Shown one piece after another: positions 48,563 to 58,292 of a stretch of DNA of 64,000 nt. Made by a program: the position numbers and the translations under genes. Location of the stretch: positions 768,001-832,000 of the forward strand of contig CBDBOV010000004.1 in assembly GCA_965208575.1 (NCBI GenBank). Reading direction: 5' to 3'. How positions within the stretch are numbered: position 1 is the stretch's first letter; every line of letters begins with the position of its first letter. Origin of the DNA: Spirochaetia bacterium (GTDB lineage Bacteria; Spirochaetota; Spirochaetia; SZUA-6; Bin103). The notes under the pieces are model-generated. The model was not told the origin of the DNA, ran no database searches, and saw nothing but the letters and a program-made list of their open reading frames with translations.

Positions 48563-49696
48563 CTACACGATGCGTTCGCCGTACTTGGCCACGGCTGCGG
48601 CGGACAGGGCCAGCCCCAGGCCCGGCTGCTCCTTGAGGGTGAGCCGGCCGCCGGCGATGCGCGGCGGGTCCTCGAACAGTTCCGCCTGCAGGGGATCGCG
48701 CTCCGGATCGGTGAAGCTCTCCACGATGCACCCGGCGGGGCTGCCGGCAACGATGTGGGCGTGGATGAAGCAATCGTGGTGCGGCGCCACCTGCACGTGG
48801 TTCAGTTCGCACAGGGCGGCGAGCTTGCGGCCCTCGGTGAAGCCGCCCATCATCGTGCAGTCGAACTGCAGGATCCGGATCGCCTGCTCGTCCAGCAGGG
48901 CACGGCAGCCGTAGCTGGTCAGTTCGCTCTCGCCGGCCGACAGCGGGATGGAGGTTCGGGCGGACAGCAGCCGCAACTCGCGGCGGTCGTCGGCCCAGCG
49001 CACCGGCTCTTCCAGCCAGCGCGGGCGCAGCGGCTCCAGCAGCCGCGCCGCCTCGGTGGCGGTGTCCAGGTCCCAGGCCCGGTTTACGTCCACCATCAGG
49101 CCGGCCTCGTCGCCGATCACCTCGCGCACCAGCGCCAGGCGCTCCAGGTCGTCCGCCAGCGAGACGCCGCCCGCCTTGGCCTTGAAGGCGGTGTGTCCCT
49201 GCGCCACGAGCATCTCCATCTCGTCGCGCAACTCGGCCAGCTCCTTGCCGTCGCGGTAGTAGGCGCAGGTCACGTAGCACGGCACCACGCTGCGGTAGCC
49301 GCCGAACAACCGGTACAGCGGCAGCCCGGCGCGCTTGCCGACGATGTCCCAGGCGGCGATGTCCACGGCGGCGGAGATCCTCACCAGCGCATCGCGCGAC
49401 CAGCCGCGCTCGTGGGAGAGGCGCTGCCAGGTGAGGGAAAACAGCTTCTCGTACAGCGCCTCGGGCGCCAGCGGATCGGCGCCCACGACCAAGTCGAAGA
49501 TACCGCTGCGCACCGCGTGGATTACGGCCTCGATCGGCGTGTAGCTGGTGGCCAGCCCGATGCCGTCGATGCCATCGTCGGTGCGCAGCCGCACCAGCAA
49601 CTCGTTGGCCTTGGGCACCGTGAAGTGGCTGACCCAGTGCGGGCGCCCGCCTTCCGGTGCTCGCAAGATGTAAGCCTCGACCGCCGTGATCTTCAT
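48563..49696 (-). CDS. Mandelate racemase / muconate lactonising enzyme family
   Basis: 'AVDIAAWDI.GK.AGLPLY.L.GG', KxK, 'LMVDVN', 'WLEEP', 'AGE'. Confidence 0.9.
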   Translation of the reverse strand: MKITAVEAYILRAPEGGRPHWVSHFTVPKANELLVRLRTDDGIDGIGLATSYTPIEAVIHAVRSGIFDLVVGADPLAPEALYEKLFSLTWQRLSHERGWSRDALVRISAAVDIAAWDIVGKRAGLPLYRLFGGYRSVVPCYVTCAYYRDGKELAELRDEMEMLVAQGHTAFKAKAGGVSLADDLERLALVREVIGDEAGLMVDVNRAWDLDTATEAARLLEPLRPRWLEEPVRWADDRRELRLLSARTSIPLSAGESELTSYGCRALLDEQAIRILQFDCTMMGGFTEGRKLAALCELNHVQVAPHHDCFIHAHIVAGSPAGCIVESFTDPERDPLQAELFEDPPRIAGGRLTLKEQPGLGLALSAAAVAKYGERIV

Positions 49697-49856
49697 GCTT
49701 TCGCCTGCGTGCCGTAGCGTGCGTCAAATTGTTGGCCCGCGACAAGCCACCCCCGCAAGGCGGCCCGCGGTGGCCGAACATCGCCGGGAGTGCTACAAAG
49801 GGAATGCGGCTTCACCTGTCGCGTGCGTTGCGATTTGAAGATCAAGAGGGCGTTCT

Positions 49857-50084
49857 TTGAGTGAGTTTGTAATCTGCTTGAACAACGAGGGTTCGGCAGC
49901 CAGCCTGACCGTAGGCAAAGTGTACCGCACCCTGCCCGACCCCAAGGCCGCCGGCCACGAATTGTTGCGCGTCCTTGATGAAGACCGTTCGGAGCGGGAT
50001 GGCTACCTCTACCCCGCAACGATGTTTACTGCCATCGAACTGCCCGAGACAGCCCGTCGGGCGCTGACTGCCGCCGGGCTCTGA
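49857..50084 (+). CDS. Small hypothetical protein
   Basis: 'FVIC..N.G..ASL...KVY..LPD..A....LRV.DE....YLYP...F' resembles a small family I recall from TA-like gene pairs; unverified. Confidence 0.55.
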   Translation: MSEFVICLNNEGSAASLTVGKVYRTLPDPKAAGHELLRVLDEDRSERDGYLYPATMFTAIELPETARRALTAAGL

Positions 50085-50169
50085 ACAGGTCTTCCTGCAG
50101 CCGGTCGAGCAGATAGCAACAAACACACTCGCTTGTAGCGGGCCGCGGCGCCGTGCGACTCTGAACATC

Positions 50170-51120
50170 ATGCAGTTGCGGCGATTCGGCGACACCGACC
50201 TGGAGGTGTCGCCCATCTGTTTCGGTCCGATGCGGTTTGCCGCCAAGGATGGCACCGACGACGACGCCTCGCGCGCGGGGCGGCGCGCCCTGGAGCGGGC
50301 GCTGGAGCGCGGCGTCAACTTCGTGCACTCCAGCTACGAGTACGGCACCCGCTGGTCGATGGCCAAGGTGCTCGCCGGCCATCCGCGCCGGCACGACATC
50401 CACCACGTCATCAAGGTGCCGGTCCCCGACTTCGACGACGGCGGGCGGTTCGACGCCGCCAAGTTCCGCCTGCGCGTCGAGGAGGCGCTTACCGACCTGT
50501 ACACCGACCGCATCGCCATCCTCCAGCACCTGCAGCGCGCGCAGCCGAACAGCGATGGGAAGCGGTTGCCCGACGTCGCAGCCGTGGACGAACCGCTGCG
50601 CGAGGTGTTCGAGACGCTGCGCGCCGAGGGCAAGGTGGGCTGCCTCACCTCGTTCCCCTACACGCCCGGATTCGCCGAGGCGGCGCTGGCCAGCGGTACC
50701 TTTTCCGGACTGGTCGCGTACTACAACGCCGTCGAGTTGGAAATGGCCCGCTTCTTTCCTGCGCTGGAACAGAGCGGCGGCGGCTTTCTGTGCATCAGGC
50801 CGTTCCTGGCCGGCCTGCTTACCGACCGGCGCGCCGACCGCGACGCCCTGCCCGCCGCCGACCGCATGCGCGAGGCCTCGTGGGACGCCGCCTACCGGCG
50901 CCTGGCGATCCTGCGCGAGCGGCTGCAACCGGCGTCGGTCACCGCCTTCGCCATCCGGTTCGCCCTGGCCCACCCGATCGTCGCCAGCCTGATCGTGGGT
51001 CTGAACACGGTCGAGCAGGTCGACGAGGTGATCGACGCCGCCGCCGACCCGGCCTCGCGCTCCGCGTTCGATGAGGCGCTGGCCATCTTCCACGAGTCCG
51101 GCCCGATCACGACCGGGTAG
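50170..51120 (+). CDS. Aldo/keto reductase
   Basis: 'R.FG.TDLEVS.ICFG.M', 'A.RFAL.HP.V...IVG....EQV'. Confidence 0.85.
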   Translation: MQLRRFGDTDLEVSPICFGPMRFAAKDGTDDDASRAGRRALERALERGVNFVHSSYEYGTRWSMAKVLAGHPRRHDIHHVIKVPVPDFDDGGRFDAAKFRLRVEEALTDLYTDRIAILQHLQRAQPNSDGKRLPDVAAVDEPLREVFETLRAEGKVGCLTSFPYTPGFAEAALASGTFSGLVAYYNAVELEMARFFPALEQSGGGFLCIRPFLAGLLTDRRADRDALPAADRMREASWDAAYRRLAILRERLQPASVTAFAIRFALAHPIVASLIVGLNTVEQVDEVIDAAADPASRSAFDEALAIFHESGPITTG

Positions 51121-51354
51121 CGGCGCGCCACAATCGATTCCGGGCGATCAGCCCTTCGGCTCCAGGCACGCCGTGGCCCTCCGGTCGTCCGGGAGAATCC
51201 ACGGTGAGCCATCGGTGAGCAGTCCGGGGGACGCATTGTGCCCGTCGCGGCGGAGTTTGCGATCCGGTGGCCGAGCGCGCAGGTGCGGAACACCGCCTCC
51301 CGAAACCTTGCCTTCGCAACCAACGCCCAGCGTGGCCACGTCCAGTCCTTCATG

Positions 51355-52905
51355 TCACTTGCGGTCGCGCCAGGGATCGTAGTCCGGGTCGGGCGCCTCG
51401 GCGGGCGGGCGTTCAGCCTCGGGCACATGCCGCAGATTGACGCGAATCCGCGTCCAGGTGGAGGAACGCCCGCGCATCGCGTCGGTCAGCACGTCCGCGG
51501 CCTGCAGATGTCTTGCCGCTTCCGGGTGGCGCTGCTTCCACCGGTCCAGGCCGGCAAGCGCCCCGGCCTCGGTGCGCGCCTTGGCGACCACGATCAGCGG
51601 CATCTTCGAGCGCCGCCGCCCGGGAGCCGGCGCTGCCGAACTGGCCGATGCAGCGGGAGCGGCTTCGGAAGTGGGCGTCGACGAGGCCGCCGGGAACGCC
51701 GGCGCGGCTGCCGCAGGAGCAGCCGCCGGCGCAGCCGGCGAAACCGGTGCGGCCGCCGTGTCGATGGTTCCCGTCGCAGCGGGGCTCCCCGCCGTGCCGG
51801 ACGCGGCCGCCGGTGATGCCGGCGCCTCCGGCGAGGGACCGGCTGCCGGAGCAACCTCCGCACTTCGTGCCACGCCGGATTCGGAAGCGGCAGGGTCGGC
51901 GGCCCGCGACGGCGCCACCCGTTTCGGTTCGCCGCGCCGGCGGCGGAAGTGGGGCGGCCACGGTGCGTCGCCGCCGAGGCCCTCCGCCTCGTGGCGCTTC
52001 GCCAGCTCCAGCAGGCCGGCGAGACTGCCGGGGCTGGCATCGAGGCCGGCAGCGAGGTCGCCGCGCGCGGCGAGCCGGGCGGGCATCGAGCGGATCGTGA
52101 AGTCGGCCGGCTCGCATTCGGGCACCTCGTCCCAGGTCAGCGGCGCGGACACGCGCGCCTCCGGCAGCGGGCGCACCGAGTAGGCGGCGGCCACGGTGCG
52201 GTCCTTGGCGTTCTGGTTGTAGTCCAGGAACACCCCTTCGCGCTCCTCCTTCCACCACTTGCTGGTCGCCCGCCCGGGTGCGCGCCGCTCCACCTCGCGC
52301 GACACCGCCAGCGCCGCCCGCCGCACCTCGCCGAACCCCCACTCGCGGTGCAGCCGGACGTACACGTGCAGGCCGCGCGAGCCGGTGGTCTTCGGCCAGC
52401 CGGTCAGTTCGTGCTCGGCCAGCACCTCGCGCACGACCTGCGCCACCTCGCGCACCGTCTGCCAGCTCACGCCGGGCCCCGGGTCCAGGTCGATGCGTAG
52501 CTCGTCCGGGTGATCGAGATCGTCCTCGCGCACCGGGTGGGGGTGCAGGTCGATGTTGCCCAGGTTGGTGATCCACACCAGTTGCGCGCGCTCGCTGATT
52601 ACCAGTTCGTGCGCGGTGCGCCCGGAGGGGAATGTCAGTTCCACGGTGCGCACCCAATCGGGCCGCTTCGCGGGAGCACGCTTCTGGTAGAACCCCTCGC
52701 CCTCGATTCCGTTCACGTAGCGCTTCAGCACCAGCGGGCGCCGCCCGATGGCACGCAGCGCGCCATCGGCCACGGCCAGGTAGTAGCTCACCAGGTCAAG
52801 CTTGGTCACGCCGACGGCCGGGAAATACACCTTGTGCGGATTGGTCACCCGCACCTCGCGCCCGTCAATGTCGAGTAACTCGGCAGCCGCAGCCTTCGCC
52901 GCCAT
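51355..52905 (-). CDS. Stand-alone LigD-type primase-polymerase domain with Ala/Pro-rich linker and C-terminal domain
   Basis: 'TKLDL..YY', 'R...G..G..FYQKR.P', 'HPDELRIDLDP', 'KTTGSRGLHV', 'VFLDYNQN...RT...YSVR'. Confidence 0.88.
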   Translation of the reverse strand: MAAKAAAAELLDIDGREVRVTNPHKVYFPAVGVTKLDLVSYYLAVADGALRAIGRRPLVLKRYVNGIEGEGFYQKRAPAKRPDWVRTVELTFPSGRTAHELVISERAQLVWITNLGNIDLHPHPVREDDLDHPDELRIDLDPGPGVSWQTVREVAQVVREVLAEHELTGWPKTTGSRGLHVYVRLHREWGFGEVRRAALAVSREVERRAPGRATSKWWKEEREGVFLDYNQNAKDRTVAAAYSVRPLPEARVSAPLTWDEVPECEPADFTIRSMPARLAARGDLAAGLDASPGSLAGLLELAKRHEAEGLGGDAPWPPHFRRRRGEPKRVAPSRAADPAASESGVARSAEVAPAAGPSPEAPASPAAASGTAGSPAATGTIDTAAAPVSPAAPAAAPAAAAPAFPAASSTPTSEAAPAASASSAAPAPGRRRSKMPLIVVAKARTEAGALAGLDRWKQRHPEAARHLQAADVLTDAMRGRSSTWTRIRVNLRHVPEAERPPAEAPDPDYDPWRDRK

Positions 52906-53098
52906 CGTGTCCCCCCTGCTACCAGTTTCGGCACCACGGTCCGGCGCCGCAAGCGGCTGAACCGGTGGACATCGTCACCTGTGGAACGTGGTCGCAGGTA
53001 GCCACATGACAATGCGGCCCGGCGGTACAGAACTATCCCGGGCGATCGCCCGCGCGTCCGCCCTTGTCGCGTCTCGGTCATGCGCATAGGGTTGCGTC

Positions 53099-54883
53099 AT
53101 GGCCGGCACGCCCAACCCGCCTCGCCCCGGCACCAGGCTGCAGATGCACGAGCTGGTCGCGCACCTCGACGAGTTGCGGCGGCTGACCATTCTCGACGAC
53201 CAGAACCCGCAGTCGTTCCGGGCGCGCGCCTACGAACGCGCGGTGCGCCGGCTGCGCGACAGCGATGAGGATCTGACCGCGCTGTCGGAGGCGGAACTGC
53301 TGCGGCGGGACGGCATCGGCAAGGCGATTGCCGCCAAGATGCGCGAGTTCTTCGACACCGGACATATCGCCAAGCTGGAGACGCTGCGCGAGCGGTTTCC
53401 TCCGGCGGTGCAGCAGCTCGCACAGATACCGGGGGTCGGTCCCAAGACCCTCGCCCGCCTGCGCGCCGAACTGGGCATCGAGAGTATCGATGCGCTGCGA
53501 GCCGCCGTCGAGCAGGGAGCGCTGCGAAACGTTGCCGGGCTGGGCAACAAGAGCGAGCAAATGCTGCGCCGCGGGCTGCAGCGCGTCGGGGCGGCCGGCA
53601 AGAATCGGCGCCAGCCGATCGCCCGCGTGCTGCCGGAGGCCGAGCTGCTGGTCGGGGAGCTGGCGGAACTGCCGAGTGTGGCGGCCGCCAGCTACTGCGG
53701 CAGCCTGCGCCGGCTGCGGTCCACGATCGCCGACCTCGACATCCTGGTGGCGGCAACCGACCCGCATCCGGTGATGGCGCATGCCGCCGCCCTGCCGGTG
53801 ATTGATGCGTCGCGGCCGGCGCACGGCGGCGACACGCGCGCCGCGCTGACCACGCGGCGCGGGCTGCACGTCGACCTGCGCGTGGTGGCGCCCGATCAAT
53901 ACGGCGCCGGCGCGCTCTACTTTACCGGATCGCAGGCGCACAACATCAGGCTGCGCGGGCTGGCCGCGGCGCGCGGCTGGCTGCTGAACGAGTACGGCCT
54001 GTGGAACGAGCGGCGCGAACTGATCGCCGCCGACACCGAGGAGGCGATCTACGCCGCGCTTGGCCTGCCGCTCATCGCGCCGACCTTGCGCGAGGACCGC
54101 GGCGAGATCGAGGCGGCGCAGCGCGGAGAGCTGCCGGCGCCGGTGACCGTGGCCGACCTGCGCGGCGACCTGCACCTGCATACCGATGCCTCCGGCGACG
54201 GGCGCAGCACCCTTGAGGAGATGGTAGCCGCGGCCGCGCGGCGCGATTTCTCGTACCTCGCGATAACCGACCACGGCGAGGACAGCATGAACGGAGTCAA
54301 CCGGGAACGGCTGCTGGCCCAGCGCGCGGCGCTGCGCAAACTGGACGCCGCCCACCCTCGCCTGCGCCTGCTGCACGGCGTGGAGTTGAACATCGGCCCG
54401 AACGGCTCGCTCGACTACGACGCCGCCTTCCGGGCGTCGTTCGATTGGTGCGTGGCGGCCGTGCACTCCGCCTTCGACCTGGACCGCGCCGCGCAGACGC
54501 GGCGCATCATCGCCGCCATGGAAGATCCGTCCGTGAACGTGATAGGCCACCTGTGCGGACGCATGATCGGACGCCGGCCCGGCATCGAACTGGACATCGA
54601 CGCCATCTTGGCCGCGGCGGCGCGCACCGGCACCGCGATCGAGGTCAACAGCAGCCTGAGCCGCCTCGACGCCGCCGCGGACACCTTGCGCAGGGCGCGC
54701 GCCCTGCCGGTGACCATCGTCGTGAACAGCGACGCCCACCACCAGCGCGAGTTCGACCGGCTGCGCTGGGGAGTGCTGCACGCCCAGCGCGGCTGGGTGG
54801 ACCGCGAACGCATCGCCAATACCTGGCCCGCGGAACGGTTCCTGACCTGGGCGGCGCACGCGAGAAGCGCGGCGCCAGCGTAG
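53099..54883 (+). CDS. polX: DNA polymerase X with PHP domain
   Basis: 'FR.RAY', 'GIGK.IA.K', 'GSLRR...I.DLDIL', 'FTGS..HN', 'LNEYGL', PHP 'DLH.HT..S.DG', 'ITDH', 'SDAH'. Confidence 0.92.
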   Translation: MAGTPNPPRPGTRLQMHELVAHLDELRRLTILDDQNPQSFRARAYERAVRRLRDSDEDLTALSEAELLRRDGIGKAIAAKMREFFDTGHIAKLETLRERFPPAVQQLAQIPGVGPKTLARLRAELGIESIDALRAAVEQGALRNVAGLGNKSEQMLRRGLQRVGAAGKNRRQPIARVLPEAELLVGELAELPSVAAASYCGSLRRLRSTIADLDILVAATDPHPVMAHAAALPVIDASRPAHGGDTRAALTTRRGLHVDLRVVAPDQYGAGALYFTGSQAHNIRLRGLAAARGWLLNEYGLWNERRELIAADTEEAIYAALGLPLIAPTLREDRGEIEAAQRGELPAPVTVADLRGDLHLHTDASGDGRSTLEEMVAAAARRDFSYLAITDHGEDSMNGVNRERLLAQRAALRKLDAAHPRLRLLHGVELNIGPNGSLDYDAAFRASFDWCVAAVHSAFDLDRAAQTRRIIAAMEDPSVNVIGHLCGRMIGRRPGIELDIDAILAAAARTGTAIEVNSSLSRLDAAADTLRRARALPVTIVVNSDAHHQREFDRLRWGVLHAQRGWVDRERIANTWPAERFLTWAAHARSAAPA

Positions 54884-55017
54884 CGACAACGCAGCCGGTG
54901 CGAGCTTGTCCAGGGTGGCGAAGTCAACCCCATCGAGCGCGTCGCGAACCTTGAGGGCGCGCGGCAGGTGCTCGACCATGAGCGGGAAGGCGACCCGGCA
55001 CAAGGATCGGCTGGCCG

Positions 55018-56667
55018 TCAGGCGTCGGCGGCCTCGAAGGCCGTGACGTTGCGGGTGGCGCGGCTGAACTCGACGCCCACGAGATGGATCGGCTCGCCTC
55101 GGGCGCGGTACTTGTCGGCGTAGCGGCGCTCCCTTAACTGCGCGAGCGCCGATCCCGGCGGCGCCATCTCCGCCACCTTGAACTCGAACAGGTACACGTG
55201 GCCGGCCGCGCGCACCGCCATGTCCAGCCGCCCATGGCTGCTCGACTCCTCCACCGCGATGTCGTAGCCGAGCGCGGCGAAGTAGGAGTAGAACACGCTC
55301 GCGTAGAAGCCTTCGTAGTCGGCGATGTCGTTGTTCGTGTACCAGTGATACGGGATGCTGGCGAAGAAGGCGCCGAACAGCTCCTTCAGGCCGGCGCAGT
55401 CGTGCGCCTCCAGCAGGCGCGCCAGGCGGATGCTGTTGGCGGTCTGTTGCGCCGTATCCTGCACCAGGTGGCACAGCAGTACCCGGTTCAAGCTCTGCCG
55501 CACCTCCCGGTTGGGATAGCCGAGCCGGTACAACGCCTCGCCGCCCAGCCGCTCTTCCGCGGTGATGGTCAGGTAGCCGGTCTGGAACAGCAGCGCCTCG
55601 GTGCCGATGCGGTCAGCGGCGGAGCGGCCGCCGACGTCGAACGCCGACAGCAACTCCGCCGGGCTCACCATGTCGTCCAGAGCCACCGACGACACGCGGC
55701 GTTCGAACAGGGTGTCCACCAGGAACGCCGGCGTTCCGGTCTCGAACCAGTGCGCGGCGAACTCGCCGCGGCGCAGCAGCAGCAGCACGTCGTAGGGGTT
55801 GTACACCTTCTCGGCGCCGCGCCAGCTATAGCCGTTATACCAGTCCCGCACCTGCTCCCGGTCCAGCCCGGCCATCTCCGGAGCGAACACCGTGTCCAGG
55901 TCTTGTTCCGTGTAGCCGCACACCGACGAGTACGGGGGATCGAGCGTGAGGTCGGTAAGGTTGTTCAGTTGCGAAAAGAGCGCCCCACCAGCGGCGCCTT
56001 CGGCTTCGCCGGTGGCCCATCCCGTCCTGCCGCCCGAGAGACTTCCACGGAAGTGTCTCGGGCGGTTGACCTTCGAGAACTTGCTGATGCCGGTCAGGAA
56101 CGTGAACCGCACGTGGGCGTCGTTGTCCTTGATCACGCCGTACAGGCCGCGCAGGTAGTCGCGGTTGGTGCGCGCCGCCTCGCGGTCCTCCAGCACGTCC
56201 AGGATCGGCTTGTCGTACTCGTCCACCAGCACCGCCACCCGCTGTCCGGTCTGCCGGTGCAGGGCTTCCAGCAGGTAGGCGAAGCGGCCGGCCGCCGTCA
56301 GGTACTCCGATTCCACCCCCAGGCGCCGTTCGGCGGCGGCGAGCTGCTCCATGACGTTCGCTTCCAGCGCGTCCGGTCCCGTGAAGCTGCCGCCGCCGAA
56401 GCTCAGCCGCACCACCGGATGGCGCTGCGACCAGTCGTGACCGGCGTGGATGTGCAGGCCCTCGAACAGCTCCTCGCTACCCTCGAACAGCTCCTTGAGC
56501 GTGTCCAGGAACAGGCTCTTGCCAAACCGGCGGGGACGCGACAGGAAGTAGTGCTTGCCTTCGCGGAGCAGCCGCTCCACGTAGGCGGTCTTGTCGACGT
56601 AGTAGCAGTCCTGCTCGCGCAGCTCGCGGAACGTCTGTATGCCGATCGGCAGCCTGCGTCTCGCCAC
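55018..56667 (-). CDS. AAA-ATPase-like protein with PD-(D/E)XK nuclease, copy 2, with two in-frame insertions
   Basis: Close paralog of 26667-28235 with the same motifs; extra 28 aa and 6 aa. Confidence 0.9.
   Translation of the reverse strand: MARRRLPIGIQTFRELREQDCYYVDKTAYVERLLREGKHYFLSRPRRFGKSLFLDTLKELFEGSEELFEGLHIHAGHDWSQRHPVVRLSFGGGSFTGPDALEANVMEQLAAAERRLGVESEYLTAAGRFAYLLEALHRQTGQRVAVLVDEYDKPILDVLEDREAARTNRDYLRGLYGVIKDNDAHVRFTFLTGISKFSKVNRPRHFRGSLSGGRTGWATGEAEGAAGGALFSQLNNLTDLTLDPPYSSVCGYTEQDLDTVFAPEMAGLDREQVRDWYNGYSWRGAEKVYNPYDVLLLLRRGEFAAHWFETGTPAFLVDTLFERRVSSVALDDMVSPAELLSAFDVGGRSAADRIGTEALLFQTGYLTITAEERLGGEALYRLGYPNREVRQSLNRVLLCHLVQDTAQQTANSIRLARLLEAHDCAGLKELFGAFFASIPYHWYTNNDIADYEGFYASVFYSYFAALGYDIAVEESSSHGRLDMAVRAAGHVYLFEFKVAEMAPPGSALAQLRERRYADKYRARGEPIHLVGVEFSRATRNVTAFEAADA
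55981..56064. repeat. 84-bp palindromic element inserted in frame
   Basis: CCGCCCGAGAGACTTCC / GGAAGTGTCTCGGGCGG stem (1 mismatch) plus a second hairpin; absent from the paralog. Confidence 0.75.
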
Positions 56668-56804
56668 CAGTTCATCATACCCGCATGGCGCAGTGACGCG
56701 AAACCGCGTCAGAACGCCAGCAAGCCACAGACCGACGGGCAAGAGGGTCATCGGTTGCCTCAAGGGTCGCCACGATCGCCGACGTGGCGCATAATCGCCC
56801 CGCG

Positions 56805-58052
56805 ATGGACAACGCCCCGATTCGGATTCCCACCCACGCCTGGTACGGCGACCGCGAGATGGAGTTGCCGTTTCCCGCGTCATGGCAGGTCGAGGAGTGC
56901 CGCATGGCCGGCCACGATGCACCCGCCCTCGACGACGATCAGCTCCGCGCGCAGCTCGGAACGCCGCTCGGCACCCCGCCCCTCCGCGATCTGGCGCAGG
57001 GACGCAAGCAGGCGGTGATCCTGTTCGACGACCTGACGAGGCCGGCGCCGACGTGGCGCATCCTGCCGATGGTGCTCGCCGAGTTGCACGCGGCCGGGTT
57101 CACCGACGATCGGATCCGCTTCGTGGGTGCGTTCGCCAACCACGCCGTGATGTCGCACGAGGACTTCGTCAAGAAGCTCGGCGCCGACGTGGTGCGCCGC
57201 TACCGGGTGTACAACCACAACCCGTTCGACCACCTGGTGGAGGTGGGCACCACCAGCCGCGGCACGCGCGTCGAGATCAACCGCGAGGTGATGGCGTGCG
57301 ACCTGCGCATCGGCGTCGGCGGCCTCATCCCGCACCTGGCGGCGGGCTTCGGCGGCGGCGCCAAGCTGGTGGTGCCGGGCGTGGCCGGGATTGCCACCGT
57401 GGACCACAACCACCGCGTCCTCGGCCGGCGCAGCGCCGCCGCCCGTGCCGCCGGCCCCGCCCGCCTGCTGGGCAACGTCGACGACAGCGTGGTGCGCCAG
57501 GACCTGGAAGAGGCGGTGGCGATGGTGGGCCTGGACTTCAAGGTCGACCTGCTGATCAACCAGCGCCGCGAGGTGGTGCAGGTGTTCGCCGGCCAGTTCA
57601 TGGAGCAGCACCGCGCCGGCGTGGCGGCCGCCAAGCGCCTCTACACCACCCCCCTGGCATCGGGGTGCGACGTCGCCGTGGTCAACACCTACCCGATCGA
57701 AAACCAGGCGGCCAAGGGCATCTGGCCCGCCGACCTGTCGCTGAAGGAGGGCGGCGTCGCCGTAGTGGTGTCGGAGAGCGTCGAGGGGCAGGCGCCCCAC
57801 TACCTGGTCGGCCGGTTCGGCAGCGACTACGGCGGGGCGATCTGGTCGCCGGTCAAGGAGAGCCCGATCCGCAAGGCGGCCCTGGTGCTGGTGTGCTCCC
57901 GCTACCAGTCACGGGTGGACCTGGACGTCTACGGGCCCGACGCGGTGGCGTGCCGCACCTGGAGCGAAGTACTGATTCACCTCACGCAACGCTATCCGCA
58001 CGGCGGCAGGGCGGCGGTGTACCCGTACGCGGCGATTCAACTGCCGGGGTAG
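56805..58052 (+). CDS. LarA-like (lactate racemase family) protein
   Basis: 'P.GTPPL..LA', 'DD.TRP.P', 'VYNHN', 'GTTSRGT.V.IN', 'PH..AGFGGGAK..VPG.AG'. Confidence 0.85.
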   Translation: MDNAPIRIPTHAWYGDREMELPFPASWQVEECRMAGHDAPALDDDQLRAQLGTPLGTPPLRDLAQGRKQAVILFDDLTRPAPTWRILPMVLAELHAAGFTDDRIRFVGAFANHAVMSHEDFVKKLGADVVRRYRVYNHNPFDHLVEVGTTSRGTRVEINREVMACDLRIGVGGLIPHLAAGFGGGAKLVVPGVAGIATVDHNHRVLGRRSAAARAAGPARLLGNVDDSVVRQDLEEAVAMVGLDFKVDLLINQRREVVQVFAGQFMEQHRAGVAAAKRLYTTPLASGCDVAVVNTYPIENQAAKGIWPADLSLKEGGVAVVVSESVEGQAPHYLVGRFGSDYGGAIWSPVKESPIRKAALVLVCSRYQSRVDLDVYGPDAVACRTWSEVLIHLTQRYPHGGRAAVYPYAAIQLPG

Positions 58053-58062
58053 CGGGCGGGAA

Positions 58063-58134
58063 AGCGAGCGAAGGGAATCGAACCCTCGTCACGAGCTTGG
58101 GAAGCTCGGGTAATAACCATTATACGACGCTCGC
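58063..58134 (-). tRNA. tRNA-Gly(CCC)
   Basis: Acceptor stem GCGAGCG/CGCTCGC, anticodon arm CGAGC-TTCCCAA-GCTCG, T loop GGTTCGATTCC; CCA not encoded. Confidence 0.95.
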
Positions 58135-58292
58135 CGGACTTCCCCCCACCCTAACCCACACCAACCGAGCCTGTCCACCCCTCGACCGAACAAACCAAAC
58201 ACGCGAGGTTGCCTCACTGCCTCACCGCATCGCGTTGACCGGATCGCGCCCACATGACAAACTATGTCGCAAATGCGATACAGGATGCTGGG

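Noticed and set aside
50080-50113. Possible echo of the aldo/keto reductase 3' region (51000-51018)
   Set aside because: Only 8 + 11 bp matches split by a gap; compatible with chance.
54890-54990. Possible PIN-domain remnant ('HLPRALKVRDAL..FATLDKLA') between polX and the AAA gene
   Set aside because: Too short and degenerate to support.
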